From contig PFAH01000005.1 of the NCBI GenBank assembly GCA_002773725.1, forward strand, positions 17,456 through 81,455: a stretch of 64,000 nt of DNA, read 5' to 3'. Source of the DNA: Candidatus Colwellbacteria bacterium CG10_big_fil_rev_8_21_14_0_10_42_22 (lineage in GTDB: Bacteria; Patescibacteriota; Minisyncoccia; UBA6257; Colwellbacteraceae). Shown piece by piece: positions 9,363 to 20,264 of this stretch. The stretch's first letter is position 1. Every line of letters begins with the position of its first letter. The position numbers and the translations under genes were made by a program. A model generated the notes under the pieces. The model was not told the DNA's origin. It did no database searches and saw nothing but the letters and a program-made list of their open reading frames with translations.

Positions 9363-9911
9363 ATGGCAGAATACTACACACCCGCTATTGTCTTAAGAAA
9401 GGACGTTAAGAACGATAAAGATAGTTTATACATTCTCTACACTCGCAGTTTGGGTAAAATTAGTGCTATCGCAAAGAGCGCTAGGAAAATAACCTCTAAG
9501 CTTTCGGGACATTTATCGCCGGGAAGGATTGCTGACATAAGATTGATAGACAAAGGATCCTTTCAGCTACTAGACGCACTTTCAAAAAACGGTGGACGCT
9601 CTAATAAAGAAATTGCTAAATTTCTTTACTTTCTAGATAACATGACTCCATATAATCAAGCCGACCCTCATCTTTGGTATATAGCTAAAGAGGTTGTTGA
9701 ACGATTGGAGGTAGAGCCGATTGTTTATAGAGAGATTTTAGGCATTATGGGATTTGCCCCAATTGAGAAAAACGTCCTCCTTAAATGCAATCGATGCAAA
9801 AAGATAGGGACACAAACCCAGTATTTTATTATGTCCGATTTAGTTTTCCTATGCGCAAATTGCCTGAAGGATGTTAAGATTGAGGAAAATGACTTGGTTA
9901 AAATCGTTTAA
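9363..9911 (+). CDS. recO: DNA repair protein RecO (short form)
   Basis: N-terminal OB fold (YYTPAIVLRKDVKNDKDSLYILYTRSLGKISAIAKSARK) and C-terminal Cys4 zinc motif (CNRC...CANC). Confidence 0.55.
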   Translation: MAEYYTPAIVLRKDVKNDKDSLYILYTRSLGKISAIAKSARKITSKLSGHLSPGRIADIRLIDKGSFQLLDALSKNGGRSNKEIAKFLYFLDNMTPYNQADPHLWYIAKEVVERLEVEPIVYREILGIMGFAPIEKNVLLKCNRCKKIGTQTQYFIMSDLVFLCANCLKDVKIEENDLVKIV

Positions 9912-11640
9912 TTTAAAGACACTAAAAAGTTTAGGTAATATCAATCAAAAATTATTGATTATCTTAACCCTTGTTTTAATCATAGCCGGCGGGTTGTTTA
10001 TTTATTCAAGGTCTTCGAGTCGTGGTGTTGATATTGAGATAGTTATACCCGAAGAAGACATATATTACGGAGTTCCGTTTAGTGTAGAGGCGCGTTTCCA
10101 AAATAATTCCCCCTTCGACTTAGACAACGTAAGGATTGCCCTCAATTTACCCGAAGGATTAGTCCTTTTAGAAGACCCCAATAAAGTTAACGTACTTAGA
10201 GAACTGGACTTTGTGGGTCCAAACAATATTGCCGAAGAGACCTTCGTAGTGGTAGCTCTTCCATCAAAAGAGAAAGACGCGCATCTTATTGGAGTTAGCG
10301 CCACTTATTCTTCCGGATCTTTATCGGCTGAATTTACAGAAAGCGAAGATAAAAAAATAAGCCCGAAAGATAGAGACATCGAAGTTGAACTTAATCTTCC
10401 ATCCAATGTTTTTATTGGGCGTGATTTTGAAATAACTGCTAAATATAAAAACTTGCTTAAGGAAGAAAAAGAATTACCTGAAACTCTTTTACTTATAGAA
10501 TCTTCTCAAGATACTACCTTCATATCTTCTGACCCAAGTGAAAAGGGAAAAGGTAAATGGGCTATGAATCTAGGTGAAGAGAATGAAATATTAATCAAAG
10601 CAAGAGTAGAGAGCGGGGACCAGGATGTATTGATTATAAAGACAAAAGCAATACTGGATTTTAATGGAGAGCAATACGTGCTTTTTGAAAAGGACTTCGA
10701 AACCCTTCTTGCTCCATCGCCCTTAACATTTAGTGTTTCTCTTAGAGATCCAAAAGGTTTTGCCTTTCCAGGAGAACTTCTGACCTACGAAATCAATTAC
10801 CGCAACAACACAAATGCAGATTTAAAAGAAGTCGTTATCAAATCACAGCTTTTAGGAGATATGTTTAATTTCGACACTCTCAATACAGACGCTAGTTTTG
10901 ATACATTAAGCCGAACCATCAGTTGGACCCCTAGTCGATTTAGTCGCTTGAGCGATATTAAGAAGGGGGAGGGGGGCGTGCTCTCTTTTACTATCGGCGT
11001 AAAGGATAATTTTCCAACAGAAGGTCTTGGAGGCAAGAATTTTGTTTTAAAAACAAAATCTTCCATAGAATCACCAACTATTACCGGGGGAATATCGTCC
11101 GACAGAACAGCCAGTTCCGACGTGCTCGAAATCAAAGTGGCTGGTGAGATAGGGGTCAATGCCGAGGGATATTTTAGAGATGCACAATCGGGCATTCTTA
11201 ATAATGGCCCTTTCCCTCCGAGGGTTAATCAGGCAACAGAATATTCTATTCACTGGAATGTGGTTGGTGTTGGAAACGACCTTGAAAACGTTGTGGTTAA
11301 AAGCCGTTTATCTCCCGGCGTCACTTTTCAGGAATTGATTACAAAGGAAGAGGAGTCGGAGTTTAGTTATGACGAGGTTGAACGACAAGTTGTTTGGCAG
11401 ATTGACAAGGTACTTGCGTCTATCGGAGTTTTATCAGATAGTCCAAGTGTAATTTTCAAGATAGAGGCAACGCCCACTTTGTTAAATCTTGGTCAACATC
11501 TACCCCTCTTGGAAATGATTACCGCCTCTGCCAAAGATGTCTTCGCGGGCGTAGATTTAATTGACACAGACAAACCCCTAGATACAAAATTGCCTGACGA
11601 CACCACTGTTGGCGCTGAAACGGGTAAAGTAATTCAATAA
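9871..11640 (+). CDS. large membrane-anchored surface protein with repeated beta-rich domains
   Basis: N-terminal TM anchor (LLIILTLVLIIAGGLFIY) then ~550 aa of repeated low-complexity Ig/DUF11-like segments; start overlaps the recO end. Confidence 0.4.
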   Translation: MLRLRKMTWLKSFNLKTLKSLGNINQKLLIILTLVLIIAGGLFIYSRSSSRGVDIEIVIPEEDIYYGVPFSVEARFQNNSPFDLDNVRIALNLPEGLVLLEDPNKVNVLRELDFVGPNNIAEETFVVVALPSKEKDAHLIGVSATYSSGSLSAEFTESEDKKISPKDRDIEVELNLPSNVFIGRDFEITAKYKNLLKEEKELPETLLLIESSQDTTFISSDPSEKGKGKWAMNLGEENEILIKARVESGDQDVLIIKTKAILDFNGEQYVLFEKDFETLLAPSPLTFSVSLRDPKGFAFPGELLTYEINYRNNTNADLKEVVIKSQLLGDMFNFDTLNTDASFDTLSRTISWTPSRFSRLSDIKKGEGGVLSFTIGVKDNFPTEGLGGKNFVLKTKSSIESPTITGGISSDRTASSDVLEIKVAGEIGVNAEGYFRDAQSGILNNGPFPPRVNQATEYSIHWNVVGVGNDLENVVVKSRLSPGVTFQELITKEEESEFSYDEVERQVVWQIDKVLASIGVLSDSPSVIFKIEATPTLLNLGQHLPLLEMITASAKDVFAGVDLIDTDKPLDTKLPDDTTVGAETGKVIQ

Positions 11641-11641
11641 A

Positions 11642-13060
11642 ATGACTTCAATCAAAAAAACAGACACAGAGCTGATGGACAAAGTAGTTCGCCTTGCTCG
11701 CAACCGTGGATTTGTTTTTCCTGGTTCTGAAATTTATGGCGGACTTCAAAATTCTTGGGACTACGGGCCGATAGGGGTTGAGCTTAAGCGCAATATAAAA
11801 GAGTTGTGGTGGAAAATGTTTGTTTTGGAAAGACCAGATATGGTTGGGATAGATGCAAACATCATTATGAATACTCGTGTTTGGGAAGCGTCCGGTCATT
11901 TAGACAGTTTTAACGATACTTTAATTGAGTGCAAGAAGTGTCACACGAGGTTTCGTGACGACGATTTATTTGTCTACATGTTGTCAGAAAAGGGTAAGCC
12001 CAGGTCTACAAACACAGAGGAGCTGTTAAAGGAATTGGTAAGTTTCCCCTGTCCTGAATGCAACAACGTAGGTGAATTTACCAAACCCAAGTTTTTCCAC
12101 ACCATGTTTAGAACCAATTTGGGCTCGATTGAAACTCCCGAGAATACGGTTTATCTGCGCCCAGAGACAGCTCAAGCCATGTTCGTTGATTTTGCAGAAA
12201 TTGTAAGAGTTAGTCGAAAACGTCTACCTTTCGGCATAGCCCAAATTGGTAAAGCTTTTCGCAACGAAATCACAACCGGTAACTTCATCTTTCGCCTTCG
12301 TGAATTTGAGCAGATGGAAATAGAATATTTCATTGAGCCACCTAAAACCAAAAAAGATTGGGAAAAACACTTCGATCACTGGTTGAAAGAAATCAAAAAA
12401 TGGTTAGATGTAATAGGAGTTGATAAGAACCGAGTCAAAGAAGTAGAAATTCCCAAAAAAGAGAGGGCCCACTATAGCGAACGCACTGTGGATATAGAAT
12501 TTCAATATCCATTCGGTCAAAAAGAACTCTACGGGCTAGCTTATCGCACCGACTACGATATTTCTGCTCACCAGAAACATTCTGGCGAAAGCTTGAAGTA
12601 TAGAGATCCCAAAACTGGTAAAGAATTTGTGCCCCATGTTATAGAGCCGTCCCTGGGAGTAGAAAGGACAATTCTAGCCGTGCTTTTATCTGCTTATACA
12701 GAAGAAGAAGTTGTATCAGCCAAAGGGGAAAAAGAGACCAGGATTGTCTTGAAGCTACCATCCATTATCGCTCCATACAAAGTCGCGATTCTTCCTCTTT
12801 CTGATAAAGCAGAGCTTACTAAAATGGCGGAAAGCATCAGGAAAGAATTGATTGGAGATTTTTCAGTTGATTACGACACAACCCAAAGTATAGGCAAACG
12901 TTATCGCCGACAAGACGAAATTGGTACGCCTTACTGCGTAACAGTTGACTTTGATTCTCTAGATGATAAAAAGGTTACCATTCGAGACAGAGACACCATG
13001 AAGCAAGATAGAGTAGAAATAAAAAAAATTAGGGAATACCTAAACAAAAAACTTATATAA
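11642..13060 (+). CDS. glyQS: glycyl-tRNA synthetase (alpha2 dimeric type)
   Basis: Class II aaRS motifs and GlyRS N-terminus VRLARNRGFVFPGSEIYGGLQNSWDYGPIGVELKRNI, with a C-terminal anticodon-binding domain. Confidence 0.9.
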   Translation: MTSIKKTDTELMDKVVRLARNRGFVFPGSEIYGGLQNSWDYGPIGVELKRNIKELWWKMFVLERPDMVGIDANIIMNTRVWEASGHLDSFNDTLIECKKCHTRFRDDDLFVYMLSEKGKPRSTNTEELLKELVSFPCPECNNVGEFTKPKFFHTMFRTNLGSIETPENTVYLRPETAQAMFVDFAEIVRVSRKRLPFGIAQIGKAFRNEITTGNFIFRLREFEQMEIEYFIEPPKTKKDWEKHFDHWLKEIKKWLDVIGVDKNRVKEVEIPKKERAHYSERTVDIEFQYPFGQKELYGLAYRTDYDISAHQKHSGESLKYRDPKTGKEFVPHVIEPSLGVERTILAVLLSAYTEEEVVSAKGEKETRIVLKLPSIIAPYKVAILPLSDKAELTKMAESIRKELIGDFSVDYDTTQSIGKRYRRQDEIGTPYCVTVDFDSLDDKKVTIRDRDTMKQDRVEIKKIREYLNKKLI

Positions 13061-13065
13061 AATCA

Positions 13066-14340
13066 ATGATGGATTTTGAAAAAACCGTTTTAGATAACGG
13101 CCTAAGGGTGATTGTAGCTCCCCAAAAAGACAACCCGGCCGTAACCGTGCTAGTGCTTGTATCAACTGGTTCAAAATATGAAACCAAGGAAATAAACGGC
13201 ATATCTCATTTTTTGGAGCACATGTGTTTTAAGGGGACCAAAAAGAGGCCTGCTGCTATCGAGATATCATCGGAACTTGATAGTTTGGGAGCATCCTACA
13301 ATGCTTTTACCAGTCAAGAATGGACTGGTTATTATGCAAAAGTAGACAAGAATCATTTCGAAAAAGCCCTAGATGTTGTTTCTGATATTTATCTTAACCA
13401 GATATTTGATACGAAAGAGATAGACAAAGAGAGGGGAGTTATTATCGAAGAGCTCAATATGTACGAAGACCTGCCGATGAGAAGAGTGGCAGAGTATTTT
13501 ATGGAGTTACTCTACGGAGATCAACCAGCCGGCTGGGAAATAGGGGGCAAGAAAGAGGTTATTAGAAAGTTAGATCGAGACGACTTCATTAAATATAAAA
13601 AAGCGCACTATGTTGCCTCAGCTACAACCGTGGTAATAGCCGGTGCTATAGATAAAAAGTTAGCCCTAGAGAGGGTAAGGGATATTTTTGCAGGTATTGC
13701 GGAGGATAAAAAGAAAGACAAAATGCCGATAAAAGAATCGCAGACAGAACCCAAACTACTTTTTGTCAAAAAAGAGACAGACCAAACACATCTGATTTTA
13801 GGTGTTCGCGCTTATGACGCCCTAGATAAAAGACGACACGCTCTTAATGTTTTAGCCAACATCTTGGGTGGGGGAATGAGTTCGCGACTTTTTCAGATTA
13901 TAAGAGACGAGTTAGGTGCGGCGTATTATGTTAGAGCCGAGGCGGATAAATTCACAGATCACGGCTTTTTAGCGACCGTAGCCGGTGTTGACAACGCAAA
14001 AATGGAAGTTGTGGTAGAGGCCATTCTGGGACAATTTCGTGATCTCAAGAAAAACTTGGTCAATGATAAAGAGCTCCAAAAAGCCAAAGACAATATGGTG
14101 GGAAGATTAATGCTTGGTCTTGAGACATCAGACGCCTTAGCCGGCTATTATGGCGAGCAAGAGATTCTAACGGGAGAGCCGGTTAATCCAGATGAAGTAG
14201 CAAAGAAAATAAAAAACGTCAAAGCAGAAGATATTAGGGCAGTAGCTCAAGATATATTCCAAAATAACAAACTCAATCTAGCTATAATTGGCCCCAAAGC
14301 GAATCAGGAAAAATTGAAGTCAATCCTTAAAATAGATTAG
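13066..14340 (+). CDS. M16-family zinc peptidase (insulinase/pitrilysin-like)
   Basis: Inverted zinc motif HFLEHMCFKGT (HxxEH) and M16 fold signature. Confidence 0.8.
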   Translation: MMDFEKTVLDNGLRVIVAPQKDNPAVTVLVLVSTGSKYETKEINGISHFLEHMCFKGTKKRPAAIEISSELDSLGASYNAFTSQEWTGYYAKVDKNHFEKALDVVSDIYLNQIFDTKEIDKERGVIIEELNMYEDLPMRRVAEYFMELLYGDQPAGWEIGGKKEVIRKLDRDDFIKYKKAHYVASATTVVIAGAIDKKLALERVRDIFAGIAEDKKKDKMPIKESQTEPKLLFVKKETDQTHLILGVRAYDALDKRRHALNVLANILGGGMSSRLFQIIRDELGAAYYVRAEADKFTDHGFLATVAGVDNAKMEVVVEAILGQFRDLKKNLVNDKELQKAKDNMVGRLMLGLETSDALAGYYGEQEILTGEPVNPDEVAKKIKNVKAEDIRAVAQDIFQNNKLNLAIIGPKANQEKLKSILKID

Positions 14341-14350
14341 AATTAGGGTA

Positions 14351-15379
14351 ATGGCCCAACCAAACAGTATTGAAATTTCTTGGATAAGTCTTTGGCGGGT
14401 TTTGTTCATGTTGGGGCTCGGTATCGCTCTATATATGATGCGCGAAACAGTCGCCATTCTTCTTTTAGCATTAATCGTGTCCACGGTTCTCGATAGGCCG
14501 GTAGATTCTCTTGAGCGTCATAAGGTGCCGAGAATTCTAGGAACTATCTTGGTGTATCTAGCGTCCTTTGTATTACTAGCTTTTCTTTTCTATACAGTTA
14601 TTCCGATAGCCATCATAGAACTCGGCCACCTTTTCAATAACTTGGGAGGTTTTGTCAACGATTCTTTGGGAGTCGAGCTTTCAAATGGGTCAGCCATTTT
14701 TACCAATCCAGATATTCAAAGATTCACCGGATCTCTCTTATCAGGAGAGATATCCTTCATTGAAGTTTTGGGCAGATTAGTGGGCGGAGTGACTTTTGTG
14801 ATTGCTACCCTGGTTCTTTCTTTTTACCTCACCGTTAGTCGAGACGGGGTGAAAAAGTTCTTAGTAGCTATCTTTCCTGATTCTACGGAGGAAAAGGTGG
14901 TTACTTTGTATGAGCGCACGAAGAAAAGAATAGGCAAGTGGTTCCAGGCACAATTATTCTTAAGTTTGATAATAGGTCTTTTGGCGTTCACTGGGTTGTC
15001 TTTATTGGGCGTCAAATATGCTCTAGTTTTAGCGGTTATAGCAAGTGCTTTAGAACTTATTCCAATAGTGGGTCCTATATTCGCTGGCGCCCTAGCTGTT
15101 AGTATCGCCTTGTCCAGCTCTTTAACGCTTGGCTTTTATACACTTCTTTTGTTTTTAGGCATTCAACAACTTGAGAATAACGTTTTCGTGCCTTTAGTCA
15201 TGAGAAAAAGAATTGGTGTTCACCCAGTAATGATTTTAGTAGCTATCTTGGGTGGCGCTCAGATTGCGGGCATGGTGGGGGTGCTCTTGGCAGTACCCAC
15301 AGCTGTCTTTATTCAGGAGATGGCAGAGGAGTGGATGAGTGTTAAAACTAGCAAGCGAAAGGGGCGACTTGCGGTATAG
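14351..15379 (+). CDS. AI-2E family transporter (PerM/YhhT-like, UPF0118)
   Basis: 8 TM helices with the AI-2E-typical hydrophobic pattern and C-terminal region. Confidence 0.65.
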   Translation: MAQPNSIEISWISLWRVLFMLGLGIALYMMRETVAILLLALIVSTVLDRPVDSLERHKVPRILGTILVYLASFVLLAFLFYTVIPIAIIELGHLFNNLGGFVNDSLGVELSNGSAIFTNPDIQRFTGSLLSGEISFIEVLGRLVGGVTFVIATLVLSFYLTVSRDGVKKFLVAIFPDSTEEKVVTLYERTKKRIGKWFQAQLFLSLIIGLLAFTGLSLLGVKYALVLAVIASALELIPIVGPIFAGALAVSIALSSSLTLGFYTLLLFLGIQQLENNVFVPLVMRKRIGVHPVMILVAILGGAQIAGMVGVLLAVPTAVFIQEMAEEWMSVKTSKRKGRLAV

Positions 15380-15415
15380 AAACAGCTTCTCTAATATATC
15401 GAGGCGACACCCCCT

Positions 15416-16885
15416 ATGAGAAAGGAGTTTTATATCACAACCTCAATATTTTATACAAACGCTAAACCTCACATCGGGCATTTGCTTGAGATGGTGCAGG
15501 CAGACGTTCTTGCTCGTTGGAGGCGCATTCAAGGAGACGACGTGTTTTTCCTAAGTGGCACAGATGAACATGGCACAAAGATAGCAAGAACTGCTGAAAT
15601 AGCTGGAAAAGAGCCCCAACAATTTGTTGACGAAATAGCTCAACAGTTTAGAGAACTTAAGGATTCCTTTGATTTAAGCTGGGACGACTTTATTCGTACT
15701 ACGGATCAAGCAAGACATTGGCCAGGCGTAGAAAAGATTTGGCAAAAACTGGAGAAGAATGGTGATATATACGAAAAGAAATATAGAGGCCTCTATTGCG
15801 TAGGATGCGAAACCTTTCTTACCGAGAAAGACCTTGTAGACGGTGTTTGTTTGAACCATAAAGCTAAGCCAGAACTCATAGAAGAAAGCAATTTATTTTT
15901 TAGATTATCTAAATACGAAGATCAAATACTTAAACTAATCGAATCTAGAAAGCTAGATATTCAACCAGATACTCGTCGTAACGAGATGCTTTCTTTTGTT
16001 AGAAGGGGCCTCGAGGACGTTAGTTTTTCAAGATCTAAAGACCAGCTTAAATGGGGGGTGCCTGTGCCCGGAAATACAGACCAAACAATGTATGTTTGGT
16101 GCGACGCGCTTTCAAACTATATTACTGCCATTGGATATGGTAGAGATGAAAAAGAGTTCAAGAAATGGTGGCCAGCAGATATTCATATTGTGGGTAAAGA
16201 CATATTGCGCTTCCATGCAGTTATTTGGCCCGCCATGCTTTTGTCGGCTGGACTACCTCTGCCCAAAAGTATCTTTGTTCACGGATTTATAACTGCAGAA
16301 GGAGAAAAGTTATCAAAAAGTGTCGGAAATGTTATTGATCCAGTCGAGCTTCTTGAGAAATATAGTTCAGACGCAATTCGTTATTATCTTTTAAGCCAAA
16401 TACCTTCCGATGAGGACGGGGATTTTAACATAAAACGTTTTGAGGAAGGATATAATGCTGATTTAGCAAATGGTCTTGGTAATTTTGCTTCAAGAGTTAC
16501 AACGCTTGCCGAAGGACAAAAAGATTTTAAAGGACTTAAATTAAGTGAAGAAATTCAAGCAAAAATTATGGAGGTGGTTCAATCGGCAACTAAGGACGCA
16601 GAAAGATTCAAACTCCACGAGGTAGTAGCCAGTATTTGGTCTTTAATCAAGTTTGGGGATGGTTATATCAACGAACAGAAGCCCTGGGAGACAAAAGACC
16701 CGCAAGTAATATCCAATCTAGTTTATCTCCTAGATACGATAGCCGGGTTTACAGAACCAATTGTTCCAGAAGCATCAAAGAAGATTCAAGAGGCCATCAT
16801 AAAAGAAAACGGCGGAATAATAGGCGTAGAAAAGATCCAAAATCTTTTCCCCCGTTTACCGCAGGCAGATAAAGACGATGCCTAA
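15416..16885 (+). CDS. metG: methionyl-tRNA synthetase
   Basis: HIGH-type motif PHIGHLL, MetRS zinc knuckle, and KLSKS (KMSKS) motif. Confidence 0.9.
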   Translation: MRKEFYITTSIFYTNAKPHIGHLLEMVQADVLARWRRIQGDDVFFLSGTDEHGTKIARTAEIAGKEPQQFVDEIAQQFRELKDSFDLSWDDFIRTTDQARHWPGVEKIWQKLEKNGDIYEKKYRGLYCVGCETFLTEKDLVDGVCLNHKAKPELIEESNLFFRLSKYEDQILKLIESRKLDIQPDTRRNEMLSFVRRGLEDVSFSRSKDQLKWGVPVPGNTDQTMYVWCDALSNYITAIGYGRDEKEFKKWWPADIHIVGKDILRFHAVIWPAMLLSAGLPLPKSIFVHGFITAEGEKLSKSVGNVIDPVELLEKYSSDAIRYYLLSQIPSDEDGDFNIKRFEEGYNADLANGLGNFASRVTTLAEGQKDFKGLKLSEEIQAKIMEVVQSATKDAERFKLHEVVASIWSLIKFGDGYINEQKPWETKDPQVISNLVYLLDTIAGFTEPIVPEASKKIQEAIIKENGGIIGVEKIQNLFPRLPQADKDDA

Positions 16886-17714
16886 ATTAATAGATGCCCA
16901 CACCCACGCTCACTTCGTTGCTTATGGCGACGAATCCGAAGACGTAGTTCAAAGAGCTCTTGATGAAGATATTTGGCTAATTACAGTTGGTACGCAAAAA
17001 GACACATCTCGAAGAGCAGTGGAGCTTGCTGAACAATATAAAGAGGGGGTCTATGCATCCATCGCTCTTCACCCCATTCACACAGAGAAGTCATATCATG
17101 ATCCGCAAGAATTAGGCGCTGGCGGTGACACAAAAGGATTTACTAGTCGAGGAGAGGATTTTGACTACGAATATTATAAAAAACTAGGTCAAAGCAAAAA
17201 GGTGGTTTCAATAGGTGAGTGCGGATTAGATTATTTTCGTCTAGAGGAAAGCACCAAAGATAAACAACGTGACGCTTTTATTCAGCAAATCAGATTAGCA
17301 AACGAGTTGAACATTCCGCTCATGATTCATTGTAGGAATGCTTTTGGCGACTTAATCCAAATCCTCAAAGATCACAAGCATCTTTTAAAACAGGATTTTC
17401 CCGGGGTTAACCATTTCTTTACCAGCAACAAAGAAGACGCCAAAGAACTTATGGAGCTTGGGTTTTATTTTACATTCGGCGGAGTGATTACTTTTACTCA
17501 TGATTACGATGAAGTTATCAAATATATTGGTTTGGACAAGATAATGGTTGAGACAGACGCACCTTACGTTGCCCCCGTTCCTCATAGGGGTAAAAGAAAC
17601 GAGCCGGCATTCGTTAAATATACAGCAGAAAAATTGGCCGAAATTCTTGATAAGGACTTCGAAGAAGTTGCGCAAAAGACAGTCGAGAACACTCGCAAGG
17701 TTTTCTCCATTTAA
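16878..17714 (+). CDS. tatD: TatD-family metal-dependent hydrolase/DNase
   Basis: N-terminal LIDAHTHAHF and TIM-barrel metal ligands (ECGLDY, HCR, ETDAPY); overlaps the metG stop. Confidence 0.85.
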   Translation: MPKLIDAHTHAHFVAYGDESEDVVQRALDEDIWLITVGTQKDTSRRAVELAEQYKEGVYASIALHPIHTEKSYHDPQELGAGGDTKGFTSRGEDFDYEYYKKLGQSKKVVSIGECGLDYFRLEESTKDKQRDAFIQQIRLANELNIPLMIHCRNAFGDLIQILKDHKHLLKQDFPGVNHFFTSNKEDAKELMELGFYFTFGGVITFTHDYDEVIKYIGLDKIMVETDAPYVAPVPHRGKRNEPAFVKYTAEKLAEILDKDFEEVAQKTVENTRKVFSI

Positions 17715-17750
17715 CTAGAAACTAACCACTAACCACTATAAACTAGCAAT

Positions 17751-20252
17751 ATGTATCCTTTCTCCAATATAGAGAAAAAGTGGAAAGAGAAGTGGCTTAA
17801 AACAAGGATTTACGAGCCCGATTTAGATAAAGCTAAAAAGCCGTTCTATAACCTCATGATGTTCCCATATCCTTCGGCCGAAGGATTACATGTAGGAAAC
17901 GCCTATGCGTTCATTGGGAGCGACATTTACGGACGTTATAAGAGAATGCGGGGCTACGACGTCTTTGAACCAATTGGTCTAGACGGCTTTGGTATCCACA
18001 GCGAGAATTATGCCCTTAAAGTCAAAAAACATCCCGCAGATCAAGCAGAGAGTTCTAAGGAGAGATTTTATAAGCAACTTCAGGAAATAGGCAATGGATT
18101 TGCTTGGGAAGAGCGTCTTGAGACATACACTCCAGAGTATTATAAGTGGACGCAGTGGATCTTTATCCAAATGTGGAAGGCCGGTTTGGTTGAAAGAAGG
18201 AAGGCGAGCGTTAATTGGTGCCCGTCGTGCAAGACAGTTTTGGCGGACGAGCAGGTAGTTGGCGGGAGGTGCGAGAGGTGCGACAGCGAAGTGATTAAGA
18301 AAGATTTGGAGCAGTGGTTTTTTAAGATAACCAATTATGCAGAGAAACTACTTTCAAATCTTGAGAAGATTGACTGGTCAGACAACATCAAGATTGCTCA
18401 AAAAAATTGGATAGGCAAAAGCGAAGGAGCTAGGATTAATTTTCCAATCGTTGATTCGAAAGAGAATATAGAGGTTTTTACTACTCGCCCCGACACAATT
18501 TTTGGAGCCACCTATATGGTTTTGGCGCCAGAGCATCCACTTATAAGAAAACTGGAAGAAAAAATATCTAACAAGAAAGCTGTCCAGGATTATGTCTTAA
18601 AGACACAGAGTAAGACAGAAAATGAAAGAATAGCTGACACTAAATCTAAGACAGGCGTAGAGCTAGAGGGCGTAAAGGCAATTAATCCAGCTAACAAAAA
18701 AGAAATTCCAATTTGGATAGCCGACTATGTTTTGTCTTCATATGGAACGGGAGCAATTATGGCTGTTCCCGGACAGGACGAGAGAGATTGGGAGTTCGCT
18801 GAAAAATTTAAATTACCTATTGTTCGCACGGTCAAACCACCCAAAGATTTTAAGGGTGACGCCTATCTTGGGGACGGACCTGCCATTAATAGCGACTTTT
18901 TAGATGGACTCGAAATAGAAGAAGCTAAAAAGAAAACAATTCAATGGCTTTCAAAAAATGGTTTTGGCAGAACAGAGACCAACTATCACCTTCGTGATTG
19001 GCTAATCTCGCGTCAAAGATATTGGGGTCCACCGATACCTATGATTTATTGTCCCGCCTGCGCCAAGGCTTCGGCGGACAAGAACAACGCTGGATGGCAA
19101 CCAGCACCACTTAAAGATCTCCCCATTCTTTTGCCTAAATTAAAGGATTTTCGTCCCAAAGGTACGGGTGAAGCACCATTGGCCTCATCTCCTGCTTTCT
19201 ATAAAGTAAAATGCCCGAAATGTAAGGGTCCAGCTCGTCGCGAGACGGATGTTTCAGATACATTCCTTGATTCAGCGTGGTATTTCTACCGCTACATCAA
19301 TATGGATAAGAAGAAAGAGGCCTTTAACGAGCTTAGGGTTAAAAAGTGGCTTCCCGTTGATATGTATATTGGCGGAGCAGAGCACGCAGTTCTTCATCTT
19401 CTTTATTCCAGATTTTTAGCCATGGCATTTAAAGATATGGGCCTAATAGATTTTGAAGAGCCATTTACTGCTCTTCGTAGCCACGGCTTGATTATTAAAG
19501 AAGGTGCCAAGATGTCTAAGTCAAAAGGCAACGTAGTGATACCCGATAAATATATCAAGAGATTTGGATCAGACGTTTTGAGAATGTATCTGATGTTCAT
19601 TGGACCATTTCAGGATGGTGGTGATTGGCGGGATGGGGGTATCGCAGGTATAGAAAGATTTTTAACTCGCGTTTGGAATTACTTTGAAGCACGTGCAAAA
19701 TTTATTAAAAAATATCCATCCGCCACCAACGTCAGTGTAATAAAAGAAGTAGCTCCACTTTTCCACCAGACAATCAAAAAAGTGGGGGATGACATAGAAG
19801 ATCTCAAGTACAATACTGCCATTAGCCAGCTCATGATTTTGTTTAATGCTCTTGAAGAACCGGTCAGTGGCAAAAACAATGCTCGAGGAACATTGATTAA
19901 GGGATTCGTTGGTTTAAACAAAAATCAGCACGGAGAATTCCTTAAGCTTTTGACGCCCTTCGCCCCTTTTATCACGGAAGAACTTTGGGAGAAGCTTGGC
20001 AATCCATACTCAATCCATCAACAAAAATGGCCGGAATACATAGAGAAATATCTCACCGGAGATGAGATTAGCTTAATAATTCAAGTTAACGGAAAGTTAA
20101 GAGGAACCATTCAGGCGACTCGCGGAATTAGCGAAAAAGAAGCTATCGAAATTGCTAAGGGTGTAGATAGCGTGAAGGTTGTTTTAGGTAAGAAGAAAAT
20201 CAAAAAGACCGTCTTTGTTCCAGATAAACTTATTAATTTTGTCATAAATTAA
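17751..20252 (+). CDS. leuS: leucyl-tRNA synthetase
   Basis: HVGNAY (HIGH), CP1 editing insertion, LeuS zinc motif and KMSKSKGN. Confidence 0.95.
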   Translation: MYPFSNIEKKWKEKWLKTRIYEPDLDKAKKPFYNLMMFPYPSAEGLHVGNAYAFIGSDIYGRYKRMRGYDVFEPIGLDGFGIHSENYALKVKKHPADQAESSKERFYKQLQEIGNGFAWEERLETYTPEYYKWTQWIFIQMWKAGLVERRKASVNWCPSCKTVLADEQVVGGRCERCDSEVIKKDLEQWFFKITNYAEKLLSNLEKIDWSDNIKIAQKNWIGKSEGARINFPIVDSKENIEVFTTRPDTIFGATYMVLAPEHPLIRKLEEKISNKKAVQDYVLKTQSKTENERIADTKSKTGVELEGVKAINPANKKEIPIWIADYVLSSYGTGAIMAVPGQDERDWEFAEKFKLPIVRTVKPPKDFKGDAYLGDGPAINSDFLDGLEIEEAKKKTIQWLSKNGFGRTETNYHLRDWLISRQRYWGPPIPMIYCPACAKASADKNNAGWQPAPLKDLPILLPKLKDFRPKGTGEAPLASSPAFYKVKCPKCKGPARRETDVSDTFLDSAWYFYRYINMDKKKEAFNELRVKKWLPVDMYIGGAEHAVLHLLYSRFLAMAFKDMGLIDFEEPFTALRSHGLIIKEGAKMSKSKGNVVIPDKYIKRFGSDVLRMYLMFIGPFQDGGDWRDGGIAGIERFLTRVWNYFEARAKFIKKYPSATNVSVIKEVAPLFHQTIKKVGDDIEDLKYNTAISQLMILFNALEEPVSGKNNARGTLIKGFVGLNKNQHGEFLKLLTPFAPFITEELWEKLGNPYSIHQQKWPEYIEKYLTGDEISLIIQVNGKLRGTIQATRGISEKEAIEIAKGVDSVKVVLGKKKIKKTVFVPDKLINFVIN

Positions 20253-20264
20253 GAAATCTTAAAT

